64,000 nucleotides of DNA, from assembly GCA_024679065.1 (NCBI GenBank), contig JAGIQG010000010.1, positions 64,852,001 to 64,916,000 of the forward strand. Reading direction: 5' to 3'. The notes below the pieces were generated by a model, which saw only the letters and a program-made list of their open reading frames with translations, searched no databases and was not told the origin of the DNA. The stretch's first letter is position 1. Each line of letters begins with the position of its first letter. Origin of the DNA: Sphyrna mokarran. Lineage: Eukaryota. Both the position numbers and the translations under genes were made by a program. Shown piece after piece: positions 12,061-25,700 of this stretch.

Positions 12061-13658
12061 CATTTTTTAAAAACTTAAGCAAATCAGAAATTCATTCTAT
12101 AAAAGTTAGAAGAGGCAATATAAAGAAACTTTATATCTTAATTATAAGCCAGAAAGGATTCTGGGGACTGTCTTTAGCCTAGCTTTCATAGTTCCTAATA
12201 TAATAATCTCCAAATCTATATTGGTATCATGTAATTCTCTAAGAGATACCCATTATTGTTCAAAGATTCATCATTTTTGACAGCTGTCATGAGTGGTGCT
12301 ATTTATATAAGAGCTTCAAATATACCTGCCGCAACTGAGATTGTGGATGGATGCTTGTAAGGTATTACAGATTTAATTTTATGATAGAAGTGATCTTCAG
12401 GAGCTAATGATCAATTCAATCATCGACAGTTGTGCTTTTTATTGTCCAACCTAAATTGTTAGAAAAATATGCAAAGAGAGGGATAATTTTAAAAAAAATT
12501 AGAAGACTTTGATCATGTAATCTGGAGGTGATATAATAATTGCAAAACATGCAATTTAACTAATGGCTCAGGCAGCAGGAATAAATTGATGATTATGTAC
12601 AAGTAGACTAGAGAAGAGACTCCCAAGGCAGCTAGCTCAAGTCAAGAAAGGAGGTGTGGAATGGAATCTGAGCCTGTTTTCTGCAGACAAATCAGAGGCA
12701 GTCACAAGTTGAGTGCCAAACGTACTCCATTAACCCCTCCCATGTCGTCTCATGCTGCCACCCACCAACCTTTGCCCTTCTACGGGAATACCTTAAAGTC
12801 ATGTAGAGATTAAAATAAAAATATTAATATCCATTACAGCTTTCACTATAATAAACACACACATTCAAAACTTTGAAAACCCTCAAGTACTTAATCCTTT
12901 ACCAAGTAAATAAACTTGTAGTCATAACCCCACATCAAAGACAGCAAATCCTTTATTAACTTCTTTGTAGTCAAACTATGAACTTAGAACTCCCTACCAA
13001 GATAATTATATGTTGCTGACAGTCAACCATTAATAATAATATAGTGATGATTGTTACAAATATTTCTGCTCTTATGGCCAGTGATCAGAATGTTTTGTCT
13101 GGAAAATAGTGTAGTTTCTTACCCTTAGAGGATGGATCTCAATTAAGTAATTCTGAAACAAGCTTGAGTTTAAAAATAAGAGGATATTTACTCGCTCACT
13201 CTTATAAATTAAATAGAAGGTTTCACATGTTCATTCTCACCTACCTGCTGACAGATTAATAAAAAGACATTATCTTTACCAACAGATTAATTAACTCGGT
13301 CTCTGGTTCATGATCTCGGGCCTCCCACGTGGCAGGCCTGTAGTATTTTGATTGGACTTAATGATGAAGTGAGGGTCATGTATGACAAATTGTTCACAGT
13401 AACCTGAGGTGTCTCAGTCAAATAGCCAGGAGGTTGATTCTCAAGTGAACTTGAAAGTAAACAGATTCCATACCCCTAATGTCTCAGTTTGTTTGAACTG
13501 ATTGTTTGATGACTGCAAATAGCTCGTTGCTAGTTTTTAAAAGCAAATAAAAGCATATAACTTTCCACAAGTTCTCAAGTCCTTGGATGGTGTTTTAATG
13601 TCCTATCTCATGAGTTAACACAACTGCAGGCCACCAAGTCTGATTTGGAGGGTGTGGA

Positions 13659-13680
13659 GGGGGGTGGGGGGGGGGGGGGG
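13659..13680 (+). repeat. G-rich run (G6-T-G15)
   Basis: Directly visible homopolymer tract. Confidence 0.9.
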
Positions 13681-13908
13681 TGAGGAGCTATCATGATATG
13701 GTCGTCAGTCTTAGGGGCTGTCAACATCCAGAAAATTGAATTTCAATTTGCCTGATCTGTTTGAAACATGGAGACCAGTCTGGAAAATTCTTATGTTGGC
13801 ACATCCTTAAGCAAAGAGATGTGTCAAGTCTCTAAGAGGATTGAGACTGTCCATATTTAAGTAGGTATTTGCTTGGGACTTGTATAATCTGTAGCTCAAA
13901 GGTCACTT

Positions 13909-14473
13909 GAGAGCTTCAAGTTTTTAGGTGTCCAGATTTGCGCACCCTTCCATGCCGATGCTATAGTTAAGAAAACCCACCAATGTCTCTTCTTTCTCAG
14001 AAATTTGCATGTCTGCCACGACTCTCACCAATATTTACAGATGCACCATAGAAAGCATTCTTTCTGGTTGTATCACAGCTTGGAATGTCTCCTGCTCTGT
14101 CCAAGGCTGAAAGAAACTACAGAGAATCATAAATGAAGCTCTGTCCATCATTCAAACTAGCCTCCCATTTGTTGACTACCTACACTTCCTGCTGCCTTGG
14201 AAAAGCAGGCAACATAAGCAAGAACACCATGCATTCCAGACATACTATCTTTTACTTTCTTCTGTTGGGGAAAAAGATATGAAAGCCTGAAATAAATACC
14301 AACTGACTCAAAACCAGCTTCTTCCCTGCTAGACAGACATTCGAGTGGACCTACTTCATGTTAAGGTGATCTTCCTCTACTTTCCAGCTATGACTAACAT
14401 TCTGCACTCTCCTTCCTTCTATGTAGAGAATGCAAGAAACAATACTTTTCACTATACACGTAACAATAATAAA
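13909..14473 (+). mobile_element. Rex1/Babar-clade LINE 3' fragment
   Basis: Decayed translation ESFKFLGV...KKTHQCLFFLR...TNIYRCTIESILSGCITAW...KKLQRI...KTSFFPA matches the recalled Rex1 RT C-terminus. Ends in aacaataataaa. Confidence 0.85.
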
Positions 14474-16571
14474 GCATATTTGTAGCAATTCTTTGAAAAT
14501 TCATATGATGTCTCTATACTGAGCATGATGTGACCATTTGAGATAATGTCAACAAACAGCTATTGTAACTGCTAGAGCAGACCTTTTGAATTTAAACAAC
14601 ATAACAGCTTGAAAGTTCATTAGGCCTGATTCACCCTTTGTGAATATTTGCGGTACCACACTGAACTGCTTCTTGCCTTTCATGTGAAACATTACAGGTT
14701 CCCGCAGAAGAATCATGTGTTTCCCAGTGAAAATGAGATCTGTCAGAAATGGAGTGAGGACATCTGAATCTGGACTGTCAGTTTTAAAAGGTCTGGGAGT
14801 CTCCATGAAAATCTGACCCAAAGAGATTCATTTGGAAAGTAAAGGATTTCATATTGAGGAGCCAAAACACTAACAGCAATCTTCTGGACAATCTATCCCC
14901 CCCCATCCCCGCCAATAACCTGAGGTGCTGAAAGCAAAAGTGGCGTATTTTAAAGGGAATGTCTTGAAGACCCAAGTAACCATTTGACGCTTTGTGAATT
15001 GCTGTGGTGATGATTTTGACATCAGTATAGTTTGATTTTGTAACAATTGTTTTTTAGAAAAGAAAAATCATCCTGACATGGGATGCCATGTTGCAATGTT
15101 AATAAACTGTTTTTGTGACATTGAGGAATTGAGACTGAACTTAAATATCCATCCCCAGGAAGGTTAGGGCCACCTGTTCTAAAAGTGAATGATTTTGCCA
15201 AGGGAGCTCAATGTGTTTTGAAAAGCTTCTTCTGCAGAATGTGGTTTGGGGGAAAACACTTTGCAGCCTCTCAGTTGGCCCACCACAGCTTGGAGAACAA
15301 TTAATCAGAAACCTCTTCATTTTATTTGACAGTCACGAGTGCAAATTCTCCGAGGCACCTCAATCATAAGAATGTGGTTTGAAGATTTGAGAATTGAAGC
15401 TGCCACTTAACTGCAACATTAGAAGGTTCAGTTGCAAGTCTAACTATCAAATATATAAACATATAACGGTCAACTACACGTATTGGACTGTCAATTTTTG
15501 AGCTGAACAATTGATTTTGTATCTTGTTTAGAAATAGGAATGAATTTAAGACAAATTAACCTGATTTCTGAACTGACAGAAAACTGTTTATGGGACTTGG
15601 GCCATAACTGTATGTGCTCGGGCTTTAATCAACTTTTGTTCTATTGACAAAAATGTAGAATTCCTGCCTGTAATAAACTAGTTTCTGCTAAAAAAAAGCA
15701 GCCCTACATACATTTATGCAATAAGCTGCTGTGGCATCAGAATATACTCTGGGCAGGATTTTTTTGTGGGCTTAAGAATCCTGCTGTGAGGTTCAAATGG
15801 CAGTTAGAAGACAGCACCATTGGAGAACAGTCACGCAATGATTTTCCCTATTAATGACTTGAGGATGAGCTTGACATCCCATTAAGGGTCAGATCTCAAA
15901 GCTGTAGAGCCATTAGTAGGTCCTTTGCCACTAAAGAAGCAGCAGGCTGTCTTTCAAACTAAATGAAATGGAAGTTTTTGCCCCAAGATGGTGATTTCTT
16001 TTTTAAACCTTTAATGGCTTCTGCATCCCCTGGTTTAATAAATACACACAGATTTCAAGATTAACATGGATTACAAAGTAAATCTTAAAATCAAATAGTC
16101 TCAGCAGCACAAAGTCCTTTTAAGCACATAGATTGGCTGTAATCTATACGCATACTCTGCTCTGAACCCAAGTTAATCAGTAGGTTTCTCTTCAGAAATG
16201 GCACATGGAAGTTTCCAAACTCCATTCCCAAAAACGTGCTTCAAAATCTTCTTTCACAATTGAGTTAGTTAGTAAATTGTTGTTGCTAGCCTGGTGGTCA
16301 CCAATCAGAATGATTACTACAATAGGCATTTATATTCTGCCTATAGAACCACAGGATATTGAAGTATTGTCACCTGATGATTGACATAATGCAATAATTT
16401 GAATTTCTGTAACAATTTACATTTCCTCCCTCAAAAACTATGCAACCTTCCGGAAGTTAAATATTTAAAACAGGGTCTGCCCAAGCTCTGACAAAATGAA
16501 GCATCATTTCCTCACATTTCTGTACTTGAACAAATATTAGACAATTAACATAATTTATCATTTGTTCATAG

Positions 16572-16872
16572 GGTGTTGGCATTGTTGGCTGGGCCAGCAT
16601 TTATTGCCCATCCTTGAAGGCAAGTAGAATCAACCATGTTGTTGTAGATCTAGAGTCACATTAGGTCAGACCAGGTAAGGACAGCAGATTTCCTTCTGCA
16701 AAGGACTTTGCTGAATCTGATGAATTTATGACAATTGGTGAGTCCAGATATTTTATTGAACCCAAATTTCACCCCATCTGCTATGGTGAGATTTGAGCCC
16801 AGGTCTCCACAGCATTATTGTGGGTCTCTGGATTACTAGTCCAGTGGCGATACCACTAAGCTACCACATCCT
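16572..16872 (-). mobile_element. tRNA-derived SINE with 3' tail matching the LINE at 550-2297
   Basis: Minus-strand head ggtagcttagtggtatcgccactggactagtaatccagag and B box gggctcaaatctc; tail ggatgggcaataaatgctggcccagcc. Confidence 0.75.
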
Positions 16873-16881
16873 CTTAATTGT

Positions 16882-16970
16882 CCTGATGAGAAATTATGCA
16901 ACTGAAATGTTAACACTTTCTCTCCAGAGGTGCTATTCGATCTGCTGAGGGTTTCCAACGTTTTGTTTTT
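16882..16970 (+). mobile_element. Short repeat of a second Penelope-like family with hammerhead-like core
   Basis: ctgatga-N14-gaaa-tgttaaca followed by tttctctccagaggtgctattcgatctgctgag. Related copies at 26757-26862(-), 31425-31520(+) and 54487-54620(-). Confidence 0.6.
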
Positions 16971-17417
16971 TATCTATTTTGCCTTTTACTGATGGCCACT
17001 CACTCTTCCTTGCCCCAAGCAATGGCTAAAATCCCTGTTGAAATAGTTGCCAAGAAAGAGTCATATGACAGAAAAGCAGTGGTGAGGCCAAATGCTGCCC
17101 ATTAAAGTGGTTTTAAATTCCTCATATGGATATATAGTGACATTGAAATATACCAACACTTTGGGTGTTTTGAATCAAAATGTGAATGAGAATGTATGTA
17201 CTCACTGCTCTATCATTTGTTGGTAGCAGGGTTTAGGTGCAAAAACAAAATGGTCACAGCATTTACCCAAACTGAGAGGTCTGGAATGAGACCCTAGATT
17301 CATCTGGAGAATCTGGCTGAGATGCTGGTGCCTGTTGTACTCACATTAACTAGCTTAGTTTTGGGCTGCTTTATTGGAGGTCAGCAGTATTTAAGTGCCC
17401 ATGGTAGCTTGGAGTTC

Positions 17418-17531
17418 ATGATGTGGAGATGCTGGCATTGGATTGGGATAAACACAGTAAGAAGTCTCACAACACTAGGTTAAAGTCCAACAGGTTTATT
17501 TGATAGCAAACGCCACTAGCTTTTGGGGCTT
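17418..17531. mobile_element. Short Penelope-like element, copy 3 (single arm)
   Basis: atgatgtggagatgctggcattggattgggataaacacagtaagaagtctcacaacactaggttaaagtccaacaggtttatttg...agcttt. Flanking ttggagtt at 17409-17416 / 17532-17539. Confidence 0.85.
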
Positions 17532-18667
17532 TTGGAGTTTGAGCAGCAATGCAGGTGGTCACATCAGCGAAGGGGATGGTGATTTTGGAGAGGGGATAGG
17601 TGAGGTTGACAGGGATAATGCCTGCTCCAAAGGTATTATTTAAAGGAAAAAGAAACACGTGCCTTTTTGGCGGTGGTTACTGCAGCTGAAGAATCCAGAG
17701 CAAATCCTGAAGGATTTGCTTTCACAGAAGGGCTAACACAGACATTAGCTATGCAAGGAGCCTAGCATCCATTTTAGAAATCTGTCTGAAAAATAACCAA
17801 ACACATTGAGTTGGACACACTAGGATGTAGAACAATGGTCCCTTAAGTTGAAACTTGTTGCCACCATTTTAGGCACATAAAATGAACATAACAAGGTCCA
17901 ATTTCTATCTTCCTGTAAGAGCCGCAATGATCATTCGTGACCTTTAGCCTTCTTTAAATGAATTAGCTCCAGAGTTGTACTTGATGAAGCTTTTGGTAAC
18001 CCCGGCAACGTGCTCAGGGTACAACATGTGCATTGAGAACTGAAGACTGCAAAAAACAGGGTTAGCATTGATCATTATGAAAGCTTGAAAGATCTTCGGT
18101 AGCATTTTTACTCAAGCCCGTCCATTATATAAATATTCTTCTGTTGCCACGTTCAACTCAAACTCATTCAGGAAATGGAGGTTAAGAGGGAATATAGTAG
18201 TGTATAAAACAAGTTAAGCTATTGTTAAACAAAGGGTTGTGAGAAACATTCCACCCTCCAGGGAGCTTAACCAGGAAGCCTGCTTAATTCATTAGGTGTT
18301 CACAGGTACAGCCTGTAATAAAAATCATTTTCAAACTCTCGATATTGCAAATTGTTGATATGATGATGAGGTATATATAAGTTTTTCTTGCCTGCTGATA
18401 TTTCTAAAAAGTCTGGAAAGCATACATTGGGGCTAAGTTAAGCCTGAATTAGTGAGAATTTTAATCAAAAACATCTACTATATTATATTGTTTCTATTAA
18501 AAACCTCAAGATTTAACAATCCTGATCCCTTGGGTTCAGTTAATTCGTTGTTTTACAGCATCACACTTATTTTGACAAAATTACTTTAATTCAAATGTCC
18601 ACAATGTATCCTCTGACTCGAAAGATGATATCAAGGCAAGAAAAAGCAAACATCTTTCTCATTATCC

Positions 18668-19580
18668 AAGAACAAGGAACAAATATAGCTCATTCAGCAC
18701 TCTAAGCCTGTTCCACCATTCAGAGACATCATGGCTGATCTTGTACTTCACCATTTTCCTGCTTTATCCCCGAAGACCTTGATATTTAGAAATCTATTTA
18801 TTGTTTTGAACGTGCTCAGTTACTGAGCCTTCACAACCCTGTGCAGGTGGAGACTTCTAAAGGCTCAACCACCCTGAGTGAAAAAATTCTTCCTTGCCTC
18901 AGTCTTAAATGACCTACTCCTATTTCTGAGACCATATCCCTTGGTTCTAGGCATCCCCCCAACCAAAGGAATACCTTTTTAAGGATTGGAAGGATTTTAT
19001 ATGTTTGAATGTGATCACTTCTCATTCCTCGAAACTCTGAGAATAAAGGCCAGATCTGCTTAGTCATCTCTCAATGGACAATCCCTGGAATTAATTCACC
19101 AAATATTTGTTCCGTTCCCTCAATCACAAGTATGCATTTCCTTGGGCAAGGAGACCAAAACTGTACACCATGCTCCAGGAATGGTGTCACCAAGGCTCCA
19201 TATAATTGAATTAAGACATCTTTACTCCTATACTTCAATAAAGCCATCATACCATTTACTTTTTTAATTGTTTGTTGCATCTTCATATTAGCTTTCAGAA
19301 ACTCATGAACAAGGACACCCAAGTCCTTTCATAGTGCAACATTTTCCAGCTTCTCACTATTTAAGAAAAACTGTTTCTCCTACTAACATGGATAACCTCA
19401 GTTCAGTGCATTATATTCCATCTGCAAACGTTTTGCCCATCCTTTTAGCCTCACCAGAATCTCCTTGTGGAATATTTGCACTGTCCTCACAACCTACACT
19501 TCTATCTAGTGTCTTCTGCAAACCTGGAAATATCTCTTTTAATTGCCATATCCAAATTACTGATATAAATTGTGAATTTC
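18668..19580 (-). mobile_element. Old CR1 LINE 3' portion
   Basis: ORF 19071-19322 (GVLVHEFLK...YRSKDVLIQLYGALVTPFLEHGVQFWSP) is a decayed CR1 RT C-terminus. CR1 3' UTR at 18668-18760. Confidence 0.9.
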
Positions 19581-19619
19581 AGGTATAATTTTCTCATCTT
19601 AATTCCTGCCAAATGATGG

Positions 19620-20820
19620 TAATCCAACTGCAACATTAACATTCAATTTCTGGGTTCTCCAGCCAATCAGAGAAGGTGACAAGTGATTTACTTTATCTGC
19701 TAATTAGAAATCTATTCTTTAAAGGGCCCCTGGCCAGGGTATCAGTGGTTTATATATACATAGATGTTTGAAGCAGCAGTAACCACAGGAATTGGGGTTT
19801 GACATTTACCTGGAAGAGGTCCTGTTGGAGTGTCTTGAGTGAGATGATCTATCTCAAACTAGTATAGGAGGGCACTCTAGTGACAACCTTTGATAATGCA
19901 TGCTCACTGGGAAGGAAGTCTTGTTCCAGGGGGCTGTGGATCAGCAAGGACCTGCTGAAAACCTGAGCGTCCTGAGCTATGGATGTTGCAGCTCGTTGAG
20001 AGATCTGATTCACTGCCTGTGAACTCTGCACTGAGGTTTTCACTATTAGTTCACCACATAATGAATCTGAGGGTAGGTTTACATCCAAGACTGCAAACTG
20101 ACTCTTCAATTCCCCCAGCACCCACTTTGAACATTTTTTTTATACACTTGTAATGAAGGCCTAATACTTCCCCAATTGGGGACAGCTGTAGTTAATGATC
20201 AACTTAAAGCATGTACTCAATTACAGCAACTCCAATATTAACATTTACCTCTTCCGAGCTGGATTTCAGTGTCAGTCCCTTGGGCACTGTGGAAGGGAGC
20301 TGTAGCAGAGAAAGCAGCTGGTAGTCCTACTGGTGTTACTGTTGCTGCTGAAGCAATTGTTGGTGATGTGAATTCTGTTCTTTTCCTTCAGAGGTGCATG
20401 GTGGAATTGCACAATAGCAGAGAAATGCAGCAGATGAATGAAGACCTGATGAGGTAAAGTTCCAACCAAGAAGTGAGCAACCACTTGTCAAGAAGTGATA
20501 GCAGTCTGTGAGCGAAGAAGTGCTTTGAGCAGCAGCCTCTCCTCTGGTCATAACAGAAACTCTTGGGTTTCACTGATCAAAGCATTCCCAACTTGTCCAT
20601 TTCATTGAAAAAGCACACCCACTATGCACTTGCCTTGGAGACCCTTGACAGGTTGCTGACATCTTGGGGAAACAGTTTGCTGGCAGTGAAAGGCAATACC
20701 CTTGGTTAAGACGTGAAGTTAATAATCTATTTGAATATTTAAATACCTGAGCTGACTGCCCCAAAGGTTTCTCTGTTCATGTTGAAACCCACCTGGGTGA
20801 AACCCGGGAGAGTACAGGAT
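19620..20820 (+). mobile_element. Possible highly decayed DNA-transposon (Harbinger-like) remnant
   Basis: GC-richer block with faint resemblance to Myb/SANT-like transposon ORFs (gaagtcttgttccaggg; HNSREMQQ). No continuous ORF. Confidence 0.2.
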
Positions 20821-23689
20821 GATGTCAAATCCCAAATTGATGTTACTTTTTAGGAGGATTTAGTTTCCTATTGACATCTCAATGTTGGCTTTTCATTATA
20901 ACAGCCTTCTCACTGCTGAGGGATTTTCTTTTTTCCAAATTGGGACATAAGGCACATTGTGCACATTTCCATTGAATGCAGTGCCAGGTTAATTTGCCAA
21001 TGTATAGATCCAAACATATTTTTCACCTCTTTTAAAACATATAAAAGATTTTTTAAAAAATCTGCCTTTCTCCCTGTGACACAGATCATTCATAGTTGAT
21101 CAGGGTGGTGAGTAAACTATTCTCAAGTTTAAGTAATACACCTTGGAAAACCTAGCGTGAGAGAAATGTCTTCTCTTTTTAGGGTCTCTGCACAGCTCCT
21201 ACTCCACCAGTAGGGCCAAGATCAGCAGACAGTTCATTATATGGAAAGTCACCAGTGTGAGCCTATGCTTATTGACTCTGCTCTGGTGCAGTATCTCATA
21301 GCCTCTCTACTAAGTCTTTTAATGGATGGTATAGAGACAGCAATCCAGTTATATTATTTATTTATATTGTGAGGGCATGTCGTTACATCTTTTTCGTTGT
21401 TCATATATAAAAAAGTTGTAACCAAAAATTCGAGGGAGAGGATTTTCTTTCTGAATGTTAAAGTTTAGAATAATTTGATTCCAATTGTACAGAGGAGGCA
21501 TTCAGTATTAAAAGACCTCTAGGAAATGGTTGGCTGATTAATGGGCTATGATGGAAAGAGACTTAAAGAAAGCGAGAAAACACAAATAAAGGGATTTAAA
21601 GCAACAAAAAATTGTGGAGAAGATAACATTCCTTTTTAACTGTATACCAGATGTAACTGTTGAATACTGTAGTTAAAAAGGAAACAGAACAACCATTATT
21701 CTGATTTGGCAAGCTGCAAAGTGGAAAATGTGAAAAGGTTTTGGGAAGCCTTTCAAAATATTGCATCTCTATTCCATTTGTATGTTAGAAAAGCCGGTAC
21801 TCAGTTACCCAATACTTCAAAGAACTTCACCAGTCAGTCTTGCTTTCAGATTTAATATTTCTAACTGTGTAGCCAGTGATGATGATTAGAAACTGAATGT
21901 TTACTGCTGAGATTACCAGGATTTACTAATATTGCATTTCCATTAAAAAGTCACTAGGCAATTATGCTCTTCAGGAATTGGAAAGCCTGTATGTGCACTA
22001 ATTATCAGTTAAGAAAAGTCTTTGGGTTACATAACAGCTTATTCATCTCCAGTTTACTCTTGCTGCAGTATGGTGCAGAGGCAGTGGTAAAGCTTAAAGT
22101 GGTTCATTGTTCACGTGTAAGCTTAGATATCAAGTATCAGTGAGTTATCTGACCATAGAGCCAAGGTGGATCATGTCCTCCTTTGCATGGTGACTTGTCA
22201 CCAATAATCATTAGATATTGATCAACAGGATTGAGGAACTTTGGTTCATTTTTTTTCTCTTTCCTCTATAAATGTTGAAGCCAATTGTAGTGATAAAAAT
22301 TTGTGTACCATCTGCCTCCAGATAAAAATAGATGCCAGAGGTGGGATGGTGTGTAAAACCACTATTTTGCAGTATTTAAGTTCCAGTTCCGTTACTGTTT
22401 AGATTCTTCCAGTTTACTCAAGATTTGCTCCAGCTGTGAATGTAACATTAGTCTGTTGCTGAACTTCAATTCTAATGGGAGTCAAGTTTTAATATGCATA
22501 TCTCTGCATGAGTGATGCTAACCTTGCCCGCTGTCAGTTCTTCCAGGAAATATTCTTGTATATAGAGCTGAGTAGCTTGGATCCATTCTGACACACAGAA
22601 TGACTAATGTGAAAATGTTCCTGAGAAAATAAGATGCTGCAAGCACCTCTCTAATACTTTATCATTGATATGAAGGGAATGTCTGCAGATTTTAATGTCA
22701 TTCTCACTGGGAATTATCTTTGTGGTTATTGAAGAAAAAAAACATTTCACATTACTGAAATGGATTTACGTTTAGGAAGTTGTCATCTGACTGTTTAGTC
22801 TATTCAGTCTCAATCCTAACGCTGTCTGTGTTTATGAGAAATTGTTTGCATCAGACTTCCTGTCTCATCCACATTACGAAAGATTCCAGCATATGTTCCA
22901 CATTGTGATTCCTTTCTTCCTTTAAAGCTATTACAGCTTTACTCTCCCTCACTGAGAATCATCATACTCTGCTATTAGCAATACCCTTAATTCATATCGA
23001 ATGGGATAATCTGTACTTCCCAAGGAAGGTCAAGTTGAAGGCTCCTTCCCCTGGGATTTAGTGCACTTTCTTTGAGGAAATCTTGTTCACTAATGTTGTT
23101 TGCTACTTACAGATTTTGAGTATTGTTGAAAAAGAGACATGCTATCAAAGGATAGATGCAAGAATGCCAAATTTCAAAGGGAGCAACAATTTGTACTACA
23201 TGAGAAAGGGATGCTGATTGATTGATAGGTCAACTTGAGTTGACAGGCATTGTTAAAGAGGAGAATGTGCCAGGGAATTATTGTCCCACATACTATAGTC
23301 AATTCAAAATGGCTGCAATGCCTGAACTTGTTCCTTTTTCCTGTGGAGGACAGGTAACTGTAACAAAATATATGTAGTTTCTGGCACAGTAAGAAATCTC
23401 GCAACACCAGGTTGGCAAGCATAAATGAGATGCATTGAAAGTTAATGATTGATTAATGTTACATTCACACTTACATCTGGGGCAATTCTTCTGTAGATCT
23501 GGGAATCAAGCTAATGTTAGACTTTATATTCTGAAGAAGTTCTGTACTACCTGGTGGCTATTTTCAGGTTTTCATTGGAATTTTATTAGGAGAAATAATA
23601 CCATATTTGAAGTGCAACATTCTATATATTGTCAACTGTGCTAAATTAACTCCTGTTAGAGATAAGGGAATGAGAAAATAAAATATGAC

Positions 23690-23970
23690 CTTATGAATCG
23701 TACAGGATTCTGAAAGGATATTCTCTCTTTTCTCCCATTTGAGATAGATGAGAATTTTTTTCTCTGTGGGTCATGAATTTTTGGACTTTCTTTCCAAGAC
23801 AGCAGTGACAGGGTTAAAAATTATTTATAGGACAGTGTTCAGTAAAAGGGAGTAAAATATTATCAATAGTAGGTGGAAATATGGAGTTGAGGCCACAGTC
23901 AGGTCAGTATGATAATATTGAACGATGGAATATCCTTGAGAGACCAAACGGTCCTAGTTTGTACATTTGA
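23690..23970 (+). mobile_element. Old CR1 3' end
   Basis: gagaattttttctctgtgggtcatgaatttttgg...gagttgaggccacagtcaggtcagtatgataatattgaacgatgg...gaccaaacggtccta. Confidence 0.7.
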
Positions 23971-24024
23971 AAGGGTAGGGTGCGCTTGAGCTGTAGATTT
24001 ATTGCTTCTGGGAGATGATTTTCA

Positions 24025-24180
24025 AGAAGGCATCAGGGGATCATATGGATTAGGCCTCTGTTTAATAGCTCATTAGAAAAAAAAACACCTGTAACAATGC
24101 AGTAGCTCAGTACTGCACTGAAGTATTAGCTTCAACAGGGCTTGAAATGTAGCCTTCTGAATTGGAGATGAGAAAGCTCC
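24025..24180 (-). mobile_element. DeuSINE (SacSINE1-like) 5' fragment
   Basis: acacctgtaacaatgcagtagctcagtactgcactgaagtattagc matches the block at 326-380. Confidence 0.6.
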
Positions 24181-25249
24181 CTTTTTGGACACTGGACAGA
24201 CTATGCAGCCGACTTACTCAAACATAAGAAACCTTTCCAGAAAGTAGTCTTCAAGGTTTCATAATGACCATGAAGCCTGACTTGATTTAATCAAGCATGT
24301 CATGAGTTGCAGAAAATAACACACATCCTCTGGTACAGGAGAGATACTTCTCTGACAACTTCAGCAGAAGCCCATTTGTTGATAATAAAGTTATCAGAAA
24401 AGTCTAGTCACCTCTCTACTGCTCCCAGGAAATCAAAAGATTTCATTTCAGTTCTTGACTTGGAGCAACTGTTAAGTCAGTGGTCAGGGAATGTAACCTG
24501 GAAATGACCAAATCTAAACCAACGGTGGACCCCCTCTGAAATCTGAGCAGGAAAGGAATGGCAGGAGCCAATGTTGCCGCCATTGGTTGCGAGCCCCTGA
24601 ATATTCAACTGCAGAGCCAGTTTAGCCTACCCATGTGTTTGTGCTGTGGAGGGAAGTATAAGGACTGTAGTCTAGGTCAGCATTTACTCAATCCAGTGGG
24701 TGCATATGTTGAGTGGAGATGACGAATATATAACTGGAGATGTGTGGCCTGTGTATATGGTTTTGGTGACCCATCCAGCCATTATTATACAATGTAAATA
24801 GACCTTGAGAGAATCATCAGCATCCTCGCAGGATTGTTCCCCAGTTTGCCAGGTGCAGGGTATCATTAAGGACACTTTAATGTGTAGTAGCCAAAGACTC
24901 TACCAACTCCAGAAGTATGTTTTCAAAACTTTGGGAAGGAATTGGCCAAAAGAGCTATATTTATGCCATTTACCAAATTCAAATGAAGATGCTTTGGCCG
25001 ATGGTGGATGCTTCAAGCTACTGAGTGAATTCAGTCAAACTTATCTGATAATCTGCAAGTAAAATGATTCAGACTTTGGATCTGCATCGTTGTCCTGTAA
25101 ATTTTCTGAAGTTCATTGAGAGGATATTGTAGTGAGGTCCGCAATTGAAAATCTTAGCTGCAGCCTCAATCTAGTGTGGGATGAAATGTCAGAGCTGAAA
25201 TAAAGCTATAAAAACTAAATAGGGTTTGATGCTTGTGTTTGAATGTGCT

Positions 25250-25700
25250 GCACAGACACACTTTGCAGTGCTTTTCCATTGCAATTTTTTTTTTTACTGA
25301 TCTGCAGCTCCCTAGGACAACTCTGCATTGTCTGTCTCCCTGACTGGTCCCATTAGAACATCCTTCCACATCCTCCCTTTTCTCCACACTCACTTTGTTT
25401 CCCACACCTGCCCTTGTCCTGTTTTCCCTGGCAGCGCTGAACCTTTCCCAGTGTGTGTTTAACATTGACTGCCCTATAATTGGTCAGACATTGCATGAAA
25501 TTGCGTTCTGGGCAGTTTGTGATTGGTTGTGCGCTCTGCTCCTGCTTCCAGACCCGCCGAAAGCATGTGCCCAATTCAAGCCAAAGTCTTTCGGATTGGA
25601 TAATAACAGATAGAACATCCCAAACTGCCAGTCTGTACAGAAAAACAACAGCTTTTAAAAGTGGGAGCATTTTTACGTTACTGCTATCTCCAGCTGAGCA
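25250..25700 (-). promoter_or_regulatory. Candidate promoter/enhancer (CCAAT-box cluster)
   Basis: Three ATTGG (CCAAT on minus) at ~25479, 25522 and 25595, one a full NF-Y match (AACCAATCA); ccgcc motif; locally raised CpG; no recognisable TE. Confidence 0.3.

Noticed and set aside
14990-16410. Possible solo LTR remnants (also ~21.4-21.7, 27.3-27.8 and 50.7-51.0 kb)
   Set aside because: Texture is suggestive, but I could not define TG...CA termini with TSDs or a second copy.
17943-18065. Minus-strand acceptor with branch point (gctaaccctgttttttgcag) and a 105-nt open frame
   Set aside because: The donor (gtcacg) is poor and the peptide is unrecognisable; insufficient support.
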